A DNA stretch of 64,000 bases from Octopus sinensis (lineage: Eukaryota): assembly GCF_006345805.1 (NCBI RefSeq), contig NC_043005.1, positions 37,944,001 through 38,008,000 on the forward strand, in the 5' to 3' direction. A program made the position numbers and the translations under genes. Below are positions 1-13,180 of the stretch, piece after piece (position 1 is the stretch's first letter; each line of letters starts with the position of its first letter). Under the pieces are notes generated by a model that was given only the letters and a program-made list of their open reading frames with translations, searched no databases and was not told the DNA's origin.

Positions 1-720
1 GACTGACTACGTCCTAGGTAGGGGCCACGGGTTATGGCCTGACTAGTCTTGCCGGGTCTTCTCACGCACAGCATACTTCCATAGGTCTCGGTCTCTAGTC
101 ATTCCTTGGTGAGACCTAAAGTTCGTAGGTCGTGCTTCACCACTTCGTCCCAGGTTTTCCTGGGTCTATCTCTTCCACAGGTTCCCTCAACTGCTAGGGT
201 GTAGCACTTTTGCACACAACTATCTTCAGCCATTCTCGTCATATGACCATACCAGCGCAGCCGTCTCTCTTGCACACCACAACTGACGCTTCTTAGGTTC
301 AACTTTTCTCTCAAGGTACTTACACTCTGACGATTATGAACACTGACATTACACATCCATCGGAGCATACTGGCTTCATTTCTTGCGAGCTTATGCATAT
401 CCTCAGCAGTCACGGCCCATGTTTCACTACCATGTAGCATGGCTGTACGTACACATGCATCATAAAGTCTGCCTTTTACTCTGAGCGAGAGGCCTTTTGT
501 CACCAGCAGGGGTAAGAGCTCCCTAAACTTTGCCCAGGCTATTCTTACTCTAGCAGTTACACTTTCAGCACACCCACCCCCGCTACTAACTTGGTCTCCA
601 AGGTAGCGGAAGCTATCAACTACTTCTAGTTTGTCTCCCTGGAACATGGTAGAAGTTGGTCTCTGCACATTTCCAGTGTTTATTTCTCCTGAGCATCTGC
701 CACATACGAAAACTATCTTC
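1..720 (-). mobile_element. RTE-clade LINE, 5'-truncated fragment (C-terminal RT/thumb region and start of 3' UTR; runs off the window)
   Basis: ORF 99..758(-) contains LEVVDSFRYLG, RVRIAWAKFRELLPLL, KGRLYDACVRTAMLHGSETW, RRLRWYGH and GRDRPRKTW, typical of the RTE ORF C-terminus. The frame is intact and the 5' break lies at a (TA)n tract. Confidence 0.93.
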
Positions 721-1514
721 ATATATATATATATATAATATATATATATGTAAGGCACTGATCTGTGATTGAAAATTCAACAAAAAAAAAACTCTATCTG
801 GTGAGATAGGTGTATTGCTACCTTTAAATAAATAATACACACACACACATATATATGCCTATATATTTGTATGTATATATGCCTATGTATATATGTATAT
901 ATATTTGTATATATATATATATGCCTATGTATATATGTATATATATTTGTATATATGTATGTATATACGTACATTCACACACACACACACACACATATAT
1001 TTATGTGTGTATGTACATATAAATTTAATATACATCCATGTGAATTCTAAGTTTTTTCTCTAAAAAATTGGGCATTAAATAGAAAAACCAGTGAATGATT
1101 GGATATTTTCATCCCTGTTTTTCTTGTGTATATATATATATATATATATGTATGTATATAAGTATATATGTGTGTGTACATATATTTGTATATGCATATA
1201 TGTGTGTGTCTAAATGCTTTTGGTGCGAATGGCTTTTCATATACGGCACTGAATTTTACAATCCTGTAAATAATAATAATGGTATTTTTATATCATTATA
1301 TATATATATATTGAGACACATAATACATACAGATGCATATATATTGTGTTTAAAAACGTCTGCATATGTATATCTGTCTTTCACTATATACCCCTATCCT
1401 TTGACTAAACTAAAAAAAACAAGAGCAATAACGACAGAAATGTGATTGGCAAAAAATTAAGTGTTGAAGATGAATGTATTATCAAAATGTGTAGGTCTAA
1501 ATCTGTAGATTATT

Positions 1515-1525
1515 GTATGAATAAT

Positions 1526-1568
<43 letters not shown>

Positions 1569-1662
1569 GAATAATAATAATAACAATAATGATAATAATA
1601 ATGATAATAATAGTAATAGGAATAATAGTTATAATGATAATAATAATGATAATAATAATAAC

Positions 1663-1699
<37 letters not shown>

Positions 1700-1752
1700 T
1701 AAGAGAAGAAGAAGAAGAAGAAGAAGAAGAAGAAGAATCATAATAATAATAA
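1515..1752. repeat. (AAT)n/(GAA)n compound microsatellite
   Basis: Directly visible trinucleotide runs; explains ORFs 1442..1702 and 1457..1783. Confidence 0.95.
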
Positions 1753-1963
1753 TGGTTTCAAATTTTGTTACAAGGGCAGTCATTTTGGGGGAGGGATGAG
1801 TTGATTACATCGACCCCAGTATTCAACTGGTACTTACTTTATTGACCCCAAAAAGATTGAAGGTAAAGTTGACATTGGTTCACCTTGAACTGAGAATGTA
1901 GCAACAGGTGAAATACACTAAACATTTCTTCCAGCATGCTATCTATTCTGTCAGCTTGCTGCC

Positions 1964-1965
<2 letters not shown>
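1745..1965 (-). mobile_element. SINE family B (MetaSINE-like core)
   Basis: Reverse complement matches the recurring unit ...gactttgcctttcatcctttcggggtcgataaa..aagtaccag..ctggggtcgatgtaatc seen at 55611-55840 and elsewhere. Confidence 0.75.
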
Positions 1966-2024
<59 letters not shown>

Positions 2025-2331
2025 TAACAACAACAATAATAAAATTAAGAATAAAAATAACAGTAGGTAAAATACAATATTGATACAGTTAATACTAAGA
2101 AAAATGTATATATAAATAATACAAAGAATAATTCAAGAAGCTAACTGTATCCCTCAAAAATTCTTTGCTGCACCAGACAAGTATTTCTCACCTTCAAGTA
2201 TATATAGGAAATTATTTAACTGCAATAGGATAAAGATTTTGAATTCAACCATTTGAAATTAGCTGAGATTATAGCAGCATGCAATAAAGAGAGAATTAGG
2301 TAATATTTCAATTCTGAATCAATAAACAATA

Positions 2332-2540
2332 AGGGGTGGCTGGGTGGTAAGTAGCTTGCTTACCAACCGCTTGGTTCCGGGTTCAATCCCACTGCATGGC
2401 ACCTCGAGCAAGTGTCTTCTACTAGAGCCTCAAGCTGACCAAAGCCTTGTGAGTGGATTTGGTAGACGGAAACTGAAAGAAGCTCATCCTATATATGTAT
2501 ATATGTTTGTGTGTCTGTGTTTGTCCCCACAACATCGATT
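2332..2540 (+). mobile_element. SINE family A, 5' part
   Basis: tggctgggtggtaagtagcttgcttaccaacc...ggttcaatcccactgc (A/B-box-like head) followed by the family body gccttgtgagtggatttggtagacggaaactgaaagaagc. Confidence 0.85.
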
Positions 2541-2964
2541 GTAAGGTAATAACAGGGGATCATAATTATTAATATATTGCTTCATCCGCTACAATTTGGA
2601 AATCTATATTACTTTATTATTCTCATTCATTTATGTATAGAAGTAAAGGTAATTCTACAAATCTTAGTAAATACATTTGGAATTTAAAAGATAGGAACAT
2701 TATTTAAAGTGGTCTATTATTAGTTATGCAACATTCTACAATATTGGTAATTCTACATGTAATCTTTGCCTTGAAGAAATGTTGTATATAATTACTTCTA
2801 AATTAATTTTAATGAATTTTGATGGCAGCTTTATGATGAAATGTTGCCATAAATCTCAGAAGACATTCAAATACTCCAATTTTTAATATATGAAAATAGC
2901 TTTTTGTATATTATACAATGTAATAATATTAATACTTCTAAAAGTTTTACTACATTTAATGAAT

Positions 2965-3280
2965 AGATAACTAATTGTTGTAATGTAAAATCTCTTATGT
3001 TTCTAATTATCATAACATAGAATTCTTATGTTTACTTTTTATTCTTTAGTTATTCAGTGACATCACCAACAGCTGTATGCAAAAATAGCCTTTTTTTTAG
3101 ATTATATTTCTTTATGTTCCTGATTGTAGTAATATAGAATTTTTATGTTTGTTTATTAGTATTTACTTATCCACTGACATCACCAATAGTTGAATACTAA
3201 AATAGCCTTTCTTAAATATATTTATCTTTTATTTTATTTTTTTTATATCCAATGACAACACCATCAATTGAATACAGCAA
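2965..3280. repeat. Degenerate tandem repeat, ~118-bp unit, about 2.5 copies
   Basis: Recurring tagaatt.ttatgttt ... tgacatcaccaa.ag.tg.at...aaaatagcctt at ~3018-3095 and ~3135-3212, with a partial copy at ~3250-3278. Confidence 0.7.
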
Positions 3281-4569
3281 TGTCCTCCATTGAATTCCCT
3301 CTAAGTATTCTTTTTTTAGGTGTTTGTGTACCGGTACTATTTCATGTTTGATTCAAATTTCACTAAGTTTGGATCGCCTTGATAATATGTTAACATATGC
3401 TTTCAGAAATATTAATTCAAATGATGTTTTCTCTCTTTATATATATGTATATATATATATATATATATATGTTAATACAATAGAAGCAATTGTCAGCTTT
3501 GTAAGGTGAGATCTATAATAAAGATGTAATTTTCTTCATATATATGTTTTGTTGTCAAATAGTCTGAATTTCTCAAAATTCTGCCAAAGAATATTGGGAT
3601 TCATTTGCCATGCATGTGAATTTACCTTGGATGTGTATTCTACTTACATTTACTGGTATCTAATTGTTGAATTTTCTTAACCAAATTCTTTTAAAACTGA
3701 GTACTTTATTGATGTCTGCGTGGATTTTCAGTTCCCCTTTTTCTTGTAACTAACTATGTACATATAATAGGCACAGGCACGACTGTGTGGTAAGAACCTT
3801 GCTTGTTAACAACGTTTGTATATATGTATATATACATTTGTGTGTGTGTTTGTACTTGTTCTCCACCACTTCTTACTAACCAATGTCATCATTTTCATGT
3901 CCATTTTTCCATGCTACATAAATAAGATGGAATTCATCGAGGCAGGTTTATTGTAACCGGATGCACTTCGTGTAACCAATCCTCACCTGTTTCGAAATTA
4001 CACAATATTTCTCCAAGGCTTTCATGGAAGACTGGAATCAAACCACACTGTTTGCATGATCATGATACTCATTTACAACTATATTATGTGATGACAAGCC
4101 AATGTCACACAAACGTGCACACATAAAGAAAGTATATGGTTATAACAACTTTTTTCAGTTTCCATCTACCGTATCTACTCAGTAAGGTTTGGCCAATCTG
4201 AATTTTTAGCTGAAGACACTTGCCCAAAGTACTGTGAAACTGAACTCGAAACCACATGGTTGGAAAGAAAGCTTCTTAATAAGACAGCCACACCATCACC
4301 TATATACATACAAATACACACGCATACACATGAACACATAGTTTAGCAGGAATTAATGGGGCCAAGGTCTGCATTGTGCTCTAGTACTTGCTTTGGCATG
4401 GTTTCTATAGTTCAATGCCTGTTCTAATGTGAAGATGCTCTTATGTATACATTTATATCTTATATATATATGTGTATGTATATATATATATATATATATA
4501 TTTGTATTTATATATATATATATATGTATATATTTACATGTTTATGTGAGTATACATGCATATACATGC

Positions 4570-4603
<34 letters not shown>

Positions 4604-5018
4604 TCTTTTCTCTTTTACTCTTTTACTTGTTTCAGTCATTTGACTGCGGCCATGCTGGAGCACCGCCTTTAGTCGAGCAAATCGACCCCGGGACTTATTC
4701 TTTGTAAGCCCAGTACTTATTCTATCGGTCTCTTTTTTGCCGAACCGCTAAGTAACGGGGACATAAACACACCAGCACCGGTTGTCAAACAATGCTAGGG
4801 GGACAAACACAGACACACAAACACACACACACATATATATATATATACATATATACGACAGGCTTCTTTCAGTTTCCGTCTACCAAATCCACTCACAAGG
4901 CATTGGTCGGCCCGGGGCTATAGCAGAAGACACTCGCCCAAGATGCCATGCAATGGGACTGAACCCAGAACCATGTGGTTGGTTAGCAAACTACTTACCA
5001 CACAGCCACTCCTGCGCC
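4604..5018 (-). mobile_element. SINE family A, full-length young copy
   Basis: Reverse complement runs from the head ggcgcaggagtggctgtgtggtaag through an internal (TA/TG)n to the tail gcagtcaaatgactgaaacaagtaaaagagtaaaagag. Near-identical to 48712-49170 and 51406-51812. Confidence 0.92.
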
Positions 5019-5118
5019 TATATATATATATATATAGAGAGAGAGAGATAGAGAGAGTGAGAGAGGGGGCTACATACATAATATTAATAAATCTATTGGG
5101 TTTTTTCTCTTTTTCTAG

Positions 5119-5292
5119 CAATAAGATGCCCAGAATTACATGCACCGCTGAATGGCTACGTGACAGGCTCTGGGAACACATACAACACAGTGTTAAAATT
5201 CCACTGTTCCACCGGTTTCAATATTGTCGGATCCTCAGAGCGGCGATGTATGTCAAATCATCAGTGGAGTGGACAACCAACTCGTTGCGAAG
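5119..5292 (+). CDS. Internal coding exon encoding one Sushi/CCP/SCR domain of a multi-exon extracellular protein
   Basis: Polypyrimidine acceptor ttttttctctttttctag| and donor GAAG|gttact; 174 nt, phase 1-1. The frame from 5121 reads IRCPELHAPLNGYVTGSGNTYNTVLKFHCSTGFNIVGSSERRCMSNHQWSGQPTRCE, matching the 4-Cys Sushi pattern C..P.NG..F.C..GF...G....C.....WS....C. Confidence 0.93.
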
Positions 5293-5964
5293 GTTACTAT
5301 TCAATGCTTTTCATTATATCATTTACATTTTGAAATATTCATTTATCAAATTCTATGTTTATTAATATTTGTTTTGTTTTGTTTTTATGTTCATTTTTTT
5401 CAAATGTGACAGATTTATGAAACTCACTTTTATATCAGAATTTAGTTTTACTTAATGTTTCACTGACATCTACATATGTTGTGTTGTTCTCGTGGGATAC
5501 CCATGGTTATTTTGTGAGATCCTCTTTTTCATTCATTGTTCTTCCATTAACAGTGTATTTTCTGTTGCCCTTAAAAAAGCAGCCAAATATTTTTCTCACA
5601 GTCATTACATGTTTTTACCTATCTACTCATATTTAAGTATAAGCATGGTGATGTGTTTATGTGCATGTGCGTATGTGTGAACACATGTTCACAACTTATA
5701 ATAAAGCTGACTGACTGAGGCTAGATATTGTTTTATGAAGTTGCTTTTATTGATGATAGCTGGAATGTTTGTTGTGTCAATACACTTGTATGGATTTTCT
5801 AAAAGCCTCAAGATAACTTGACATCAAGACTGGTACAACTGGAAATTGATGCCTGCTGCAAAGAGACATAAAGCTTTTGAAGCCTTACACAAGAACCACC
5901 ATTAGAAGTATCTACTTAGTTTGCTTCAGTTTTTACTATGTTATGATCACCTATATACATTACA

Positions 5965-6182
<218 letters not shown>

Positions 6183-6459
6183 ACAATCAAGTACATTTCA
6201 GTAAATTTCATATGACAAAAGTGCAGAGTACTGGATATAATGAATGTAGAGTTAATTTATGTTTTATGTACAAAGAGCACAGTCAATTCATGCTACTAGA
6301 AGTTTCAAATCCTCACTAAGTTATGCAATGCAAGTAGGGTGATCTAACTTTCATTAGAGTTTGTTGATGTGTACAACTGATTCAGTCAGATGATCAGCCA
6401 CTTTGTACAATTGCAATATAAAATTATAATTCGTTAAAAATAACTCCAATTTTGATAAA

Positions 6460-6985
6460 GGTGCAACTTGGGGTAGAGCACACATCAAAGGAACCTAACT
6501 TGTTCCTTTGATGTAAGCATGAGGGAACCTTTTGATAGCATAGACATCGATCAGCTGATAAAATTATATGTATTAGATATAGGTTTGGTGAGGAAACAAG
6601 GAAAATAGAACTCAAAATATGAGTTTATGTAAATTTTTTTTTTTAATATTTAGCAGTAAGGCAAAAATTCTGTGCTATGTTTGTCCTGTATAGGAATGAT
6701 ACATTAACTATATCTAAAATTCTTAATGAACATGCTTTAGATAAGCTAAGGGAAAACAATAAATGATAGACCAAAAATCATGAAGTCTAACAGCATATTC
6801 AATCTGTAGGCATAATCTGGCGGCTTCACTTATTGAACCATCACATTTTTACAATTCATGACTTTTGGCTCATATCAAAAATTATCAGATCAGGCTTTGA
6901 ATTTTCCCAAGAAACTAACTTAACAGTAGTTAATTTCCTACATGTCATCCTGGATTTATCTACTAGCTCATACAATCCCCCAAGG
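6460..6985 (+). pseudogene. Decayed Penelope-like element reverse transcriptase
   Basis: Colinear degenerate motifs: FDVSMREPFDSIDIDQLIKLYVL (~6507, cf. [22 protein letters not shown]), LYRNDTL (~6686, cf. LYRDDGL) and TNLTVVNFLHVILDLSTSSYNP (~6914, cf. NLKxVNFLDVTLDLxxxxYKP). Confidence 0.65.
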
Positions 6986-7464
6986 ATTTCAATATCTTTA
7001 TTTTTTTTTCAGATTACCCCATCTCTTTTTAACATATATCAGAATATATAGATTTTGTGACTTTGGTTTTAGTGAAAAAAGGTGACATTGATGATTTTCA
7101 GGGTTTGTATGTTTATATTTTTTGTGACAAAATAATAAATTAAAGTGCTAGTTAGGTACTGTGGTTGACATAATTGACAGCCTTCATTTGTCAACTTTAA
7201 TAAAAGTTATACTTCATAATGAAACCAAATATGCTTAAAATTGACCTTTAAAATGTTGACTGAAATATTCAAGTTATAAATTTACATACTACAAAGCCTT
7301 ACTGTGGCTGAAATAAGAAAGTAAGCAGATTCCTTTTTAACTTTTAAAATACTGAAAAAGAGGGAAGGGTGTCTCCTGATTGATAGTTTGATGGCTTGTT
7401 AATGATTCTTCAGATAAAAATCACCTTGTTTCTTTCTTCAATAATTGCTTTATATAGTAGCTGT

Positions 7465-8490
7465 TTACATTGACCCAGTACTCACTGGTACTTAATTTAT
7501 CGACCCTGAAAGGATAAAAGGAAAAGTTGACATCAGCAGAACTTGAACTCAGAATGTGGCAATGAGAGATATACCACTAAACATTTTGCCCAGCATGCTA
7601 ACGATTCTGCTACCTCACTGCCTTGGGTAATAATAATAATAATAATGATTCTTTCAAATTATGGTACAAGGCAATTAATTTTAAAAGGAAGGCTGTCAAT
7701 TATGTCAACCACAGTCCCTAACTAGCACTTTGATTTATTTTTTTCTGCTCTAAGCACAAGGTCTGAAATTTGGGGGGCAGTCAATTAGATCAACCTCAGT
7801 ATGAAACTGGTACTTAATTTATTGACCCCAAGAGGATGAAGGGCAAAGTTGACCTCAGCAGAGTTTGAACTCAGAATATAAAAACAGGCAAAAAACTGCT
7901 AAGCATTTTGTCCAGTGCGCTAATGTTTCTGCCAGCTTGGCATTTTAATTTATTGACCCTGGAAGAATGAAAGGCAAAGTTGACCTCGGCAGAATTTGAA
8001 CTCATAATGTAAAGAACTGGAAGAAATGCTTGTAAGCATTTCATGCCATATGCTAACAATTCTGCCAATTCACCACCTCAGTAATTCTTTCTATGATGAT
8101 GCACTTTGCTGTCATCTTGTGCAGCATGATAATATCTGGTCATCTTGCTAAATTTCATGGATGGTCTCTACAGTAAAGTTCTATACAATCTTAGACTGAT
8201 CACTCTCTTCCACACCCTCCTGTTGTTTATCAATTATGTCAACCACAGTACCTAACTAGCACTTTGATTTATTCTTTTCTGCTCTAGGCACAAGGCCCGA
8301 AATTTTGGGGGAGGTGGGGGGGCAGTCAATTAGCTCAACCTCCATATGCACTTGGTACTTAATGTATCAACCCCGAAAGTATGAAAGGCAAAGTTGATCT
8401 CAGCAGAGTTTGAACTCAGAATATAAAGACCGACGAAATAATGCTAAGCATTTTGCCCAGTGTGCTAATGTTTTTGCCAGCTCACCATTT
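7465..8490 (-). mobile_element. Cluster of about 4 SINE family B copies
   Basis: Repeated ggtacttaatttat.gaccc..aaggatgaaaggcaaagttgacctc.gcaga.tttgaactcagaa at ~7488, 7810, 7945 and 8355. Confidence 0.85.
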
Positions 8491-9264
8491 TACATTTACT
8501 TCAGGACCTCTTTGATGTAATATGTCTCAATGTAATGCCTTGGCTACACAACGGTGTCTGAGTTTATATTCTTTCTGTATTAAAGGACTACAGAAACTTA
8601 TGGCCCAAAGGGTTCATCTTTCTTTTAACACATTCTGCACTTAACACATTCCATGGTTCTGTCTATTCTTGCCTTAATGATATTCATTCATAATGATTGG
8701 CTTTGAGCAGCTATAATGAGTTCTTCCATTTCTTTCTTGAGTTCATCATTCTTCAACTATAGCCAAAATATTATTTGTTATTGTTGTTACTGTTATTCTT
8801 GATATAACAATCATGCTGATTATAATGATAATAATTAGCTCAAGACTAAACAAGTAAAGAACCATTGAGATGTTTACCATTTGTTCAATGGTGTATCACT
8901 CAATGACGAGTAAGAGGTGTAATTGGCTTAAATAAATATATATTGCAAAGTTGAACTTTACAAGAAATGCAAAGAAAATATACAAAAATAAAAAAAAATT
9001 AATTACAATGAAACAAGATGCTGAAACACTAAATCATGGAAGCAGAGGTTGGGAGGAGAGAGAAAAACCATTGATATGAACTAATAAAAGAAAGAAGAAT
9101 TTGAGCAAAATCTAGTAGAAAAAATATAACAAAGTTTGTAGGTTCCGTTTTATTTCCAAGACTTGACATAATAACATCGTTAAAAGGACAATTAAATTAA
9201 ACTTATTTGTATTTGTAGCTATCTCTCTATATTCATTTCTGCAAAATCACACTAAACACACTCA

Positions 9265-9268
9265 CTCA

Positions 9269-9329
<61 letters not shown>

Positions 9330-9361
9330 AAAGTGTGTGTGTATATATCTATATATTTATT

Positions 9362-9394
<33 letters not shown>

Positions 9395-9514
9395 ACATAT
9401 ATAATATACATATATAATATATATAAATATATGTGTGTGTGTATATAAATATATATATATATTATATATATATATAAACATATATAATATACATATATAA
9501 TATATATAAATATA

Positions 9515-9566
<52 letters not shown>

Positions 9567-9581
9567 TAGATAGATAGATAG

Positions 9582-9659
<78 letters not shown>

Positions 9660-9665
9660 GATAAA
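9265..9665. repeat. Compound (CT)n/(CA)n/(TA)n/(GATA)n microsatellite
   Basis: Directly visible. Confidence 0.95.
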
Positions 9666-9719
9666 TAACCAGAAAATGGAGAAAACCTCAGATCAACAAA
9701 CATTTCAATTGGATCATAT

Positions 9720-10142
9720 TTATAGCTTAATTTTTAATACAAAGTATGACATAACATACAGGTGATGTAACAAATCTTACGACCATTTCTGCATCTGTTG
9801 CCAAACACTGCTTATAAATAATTGTGAAAATAAAATTCTTCATCTTAAGAGGACATTTGAATTAAGACATGATAGATTATATACTTTTAATATATTGGAC
9901 TTCAACACTTCTTTTTTAGACAATGCTTTCTTTCCTATTCTTTCTTCTCTTTGTTTATATTGGATGATTATTTTTACTCTGATGAAGCTCTGGGCCTTAA
10001 TTCGAAGGTCCTATGAAGATGAAGAATTTTATTTTCAGAATTATTTATAGACAGTGTTTGGTAATGGATGCAGAAACGGCTGTAAGATTTGTTATGTTAC
10101 CTGTATGCTATGTCATACTTTGTATTAAAATTGAAGCTATAA
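9720..10142. repeat. Diverged inverted repeat (arms 9720-9866 and 9996-10142) between microsatellites, with hammerhead-like motifs
   Basis: ttatagcttaatttttaatacaaagtatgacata... is the reverse complement of ...tatgtcatactttgtattaaaattgaagctataa. CTGATGA at 9979 and GAAACGGCTGTA at 10073. Confidence 0.85.
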
Positions 10143-10224
10143 CTGTTGGGTAACGGATATCGATAGTATATGCGGATATTTTATCCCATAGTCAGTTATT
10201 ATAACCGCTAACTCTGTTTACACT

Positions 10225-10268
10225 ATATATATATATATCATGTAGATTTATATATGTATATATATATA

Positions 10269-10311
<43 letters not shown>

Positions 10312-10590
10312 CTATATATATATATATGTATATGTACATATATATATATATATTTATATGTATGTATATATATTTATTTTTATATGTATGTATATAGATT
10401 ATATTTATATGTATGTATATATATTCATATGTATATATATATATACATATGTATATATTTATATGTATATATAATATATATATATATATTCATATATCTA
10501 TGTACATATACATGTATATGTATATATGTGCATATATACATTTATATATGTAAGTATATTTATATATATGCTGATATATATATTATATAT
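10225..10590. repeat. Degenerate (TA/TATG)n microsatellite
   Basis: Directly visible. Confidence 0.95.
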
Positions 10591-11067
10591 AAATATCATT
10601 GCTTCATAACCACTAACACTATGACCACCACTACCACCATAATTATGACCCCAAACCACTGTCCTCATCATTATCATCATTCTCATAATTAGCTTCTTTG
10701 ATTGCAACATTCTTAGCTGCAGCAAAGATCACAACTACAACAATACTAAAGATAATTATAGGTCAGAAATTAATCTAAATCCAAATTACAGAGTTTTTTT
10801 TTTCAAGATTTACATACATACACCACACACACACACACCTTTTTTCTATTCAGTGCTTTGTTTCTTTTTTTATATTCAGTATTTTGTTTCTCTTTTTATA
10901 TTTTCTATGCCTGTTCTTGATGTTTGTTTCTTATTAGCATTAAAAGAAGTCAACATGAAATAGTAGAGTGGGAATTACAATTCACTGTGTTAGTGTGTCA
11001 CAAGTAGATTCATAAACAAAATAAGAGTGAAACAGAATAAAGATTCAATAAAGTGTATGTATGTGTG

Positions 11068-11102
<35 letters not shown>

Positions 11103-11106
11103 ATAT

Positions 11107-11138
<32 letters not shown>

Positions 11139-11147
11139 GCATGTATA

Positions 11148-11189
<42 letters not shown>

Positions 11190-11222
11190 ATATATACACA
11201 CATATATATACACATATATATA

Positions 11223-11260
<38 letters not shown>

Positions 11261-11348
11261 ACACATGCACACATACATGTGTGTACGTGTATGCCAGCAC
11301 CATATCAATATGTGATATAATGGTCACGTAAGATTTTTGCATCTATTC

Positions 11349-11380
<32 letters not shown>

Positions 11381-12055
11381 GTATGCATATCTATGTTTAT
11401 GACCAAATGTGTGTGTGTATATATATACATATATATACACACACTCACACATATATATCCGAATATATAAATATGTTTATATACACACACACACATGTGC
11501 ATATGTCTGCATGTGCGTGTATGGTAAACTGAAACTTGAATAACAAAACAATGTTGTACATTTTCTTTTCTAAAAGAAACTCTTTTTACACCTTTAGCAA
11601 TTTATTCCTAATTTTTTCTTATCTAACATTAGTTTTTACTTATTAATACTTACATACCTATACATACATGCACACATACATATTCGAATACATATTTGTT
11701 TTTTTTTTTATAGCTCAACTGAAATTAGGCATTGTTGTTATGTTTGAACTTTTCCATGTATATTTCAACAGTATTGAATTATTTTTAGCTGTGTCTTATA
11801 TAGAAAACCTCCATCTAAATACATGTACTGGTTCTAGAAATGGTGATGGTTATGTGCATGAGATGGCAATATTTTGTGAGAAGATTCTATCGTCTTAAAG
11901 ATGGAATTTAATAACTAGAATTTATTTTGAAATACAGTTATTATGTATCTATTCTGACCACGCCATGCAACTTATGGGTATGTCACCTGGTTTATATCAT
12001 GAACTCTGAGCCTTGTGAGTGGATCTGGCAAACTGAAACTGAAAGAAATTTACTG

Positions 12056-12475
12056 TCATCATCATCATCGTTTAACGTCTTCTCTCCATGCTAGCATGGG
12101 TTGGATGGTTCGACCGGGGTCTGGGAAGCCAGGAGGCTGCACCAGGCTCCAGTCTGATCTGGCAGTGTTTCTACAGATGGATGCCCTTTCTAACGCCAAC
12201 CACTCCGTGAGTGTAATGGGTGCTTTTTACGTGCCACCAGCACAGGTGCCAGACGAGGCTGGCAATGGCCACGATCAGATGGTGCTTTTTACGTGGCACC
12301 AGCACGGAGGCCAGATGAGGCTGGCAATGGCCACGATTGGATGGTGCATTTTACGTGCCACCGGCACGGAGGCCAGTCAGGGCGGTGCTGGCAACAACCA
12401 CGTTTGGATGGTTCTCTTACGTGCCACCGGTACTGGTATCACAGCTACAATTCCATTGATGTTGATCGATTTCGA
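12056..12475 (-). mobile_element. RTE LINE 3' UTR fragment with (GAT)n tail and internal ~55-bp tandem units
   Basis: catcatcatcgtttaacgtc..ctccatgctagcatgggttgga is shared with 13178-13338, 60765-61228 and 63727-64000. The unit ggtgc.ttttacgtgccacc.gcac repeats 4 times. Confidence 0.85.
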
Positions 12476-13144
12476 TAGTCATTTAATATATACTTCACAA
12501 CACAAAACAGATAGTAGCATGAATTTAGATACTAATCATCATCACCATTATTATTTAATGGGCAATGGGTATTAAATGATGAGTATCTAAATTCATGCTA
12601 GTATCTGTTTTGAACTGAGAAAGCACAGCAAACTTACAAGCTTATCGTGTTTTCCCAGCATGAAACTAATAGTGGCTGGAATTTAAATACTCTGCATATG
12701 AAATGATATTTATCTCACCCTGGTTGATGTACATTTTTTTTTTGTTGAGCCTCCCAATAATGGAACACATGTATATCAAATTAAATACACAACTGAAAGA
12801 GCTAACGGTTTCATGCTGTTATGATACTTGAACAGGCATGCTTATAAAATATGCCATGTACTCACACACACATATATGTGTGTGTGTGTGTGTGCTAGCA
12901 TATATTTACCTCACCCCCAACACACACACACGTATTCTTTTATTCTTTTACTTGTTTCAGTCATTTGGTTATGGCCATGCTGGAGCATCACGTTTTAGTC
13001 GAACAAATCAACCTCAGGACTTATTCTTTGTAAGCTTAGTACTTATTCCATTGGTCTCTTTTGCCAAACTGCTAAGTTATGGTGACATAAACACATCAAC
13101 GTCAGTTATCAAGGGATGGTGGGGTGACAAGCACAGACACACAA

Positions 13145-13177
<33 letters not shown>

Positions 13178-13180
<3 letters not shown>

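Noticed and set aside
4943-5365. 140-aa ORF overlapping the exon
   Set aside because: It starts inside a SINE and is in a different frame from the clear Sushi reading.
11714-11848. Open frame after a pyrimidine tract and AG (possible exon)
   Set aside because: The peptide has no recognisable domain and the composition is intron-like.
12015-12575. 186-aa ORF with internal repeats
   Set aside because: Antisense reading of the RTE 3' UTR tandem units.
12780-12850. Minus-strand hairpin followed by GAAACCGTTAG, hammerhead-like
   Set aside because: No recognisable CUGANGA upstream; too degenerate to call.
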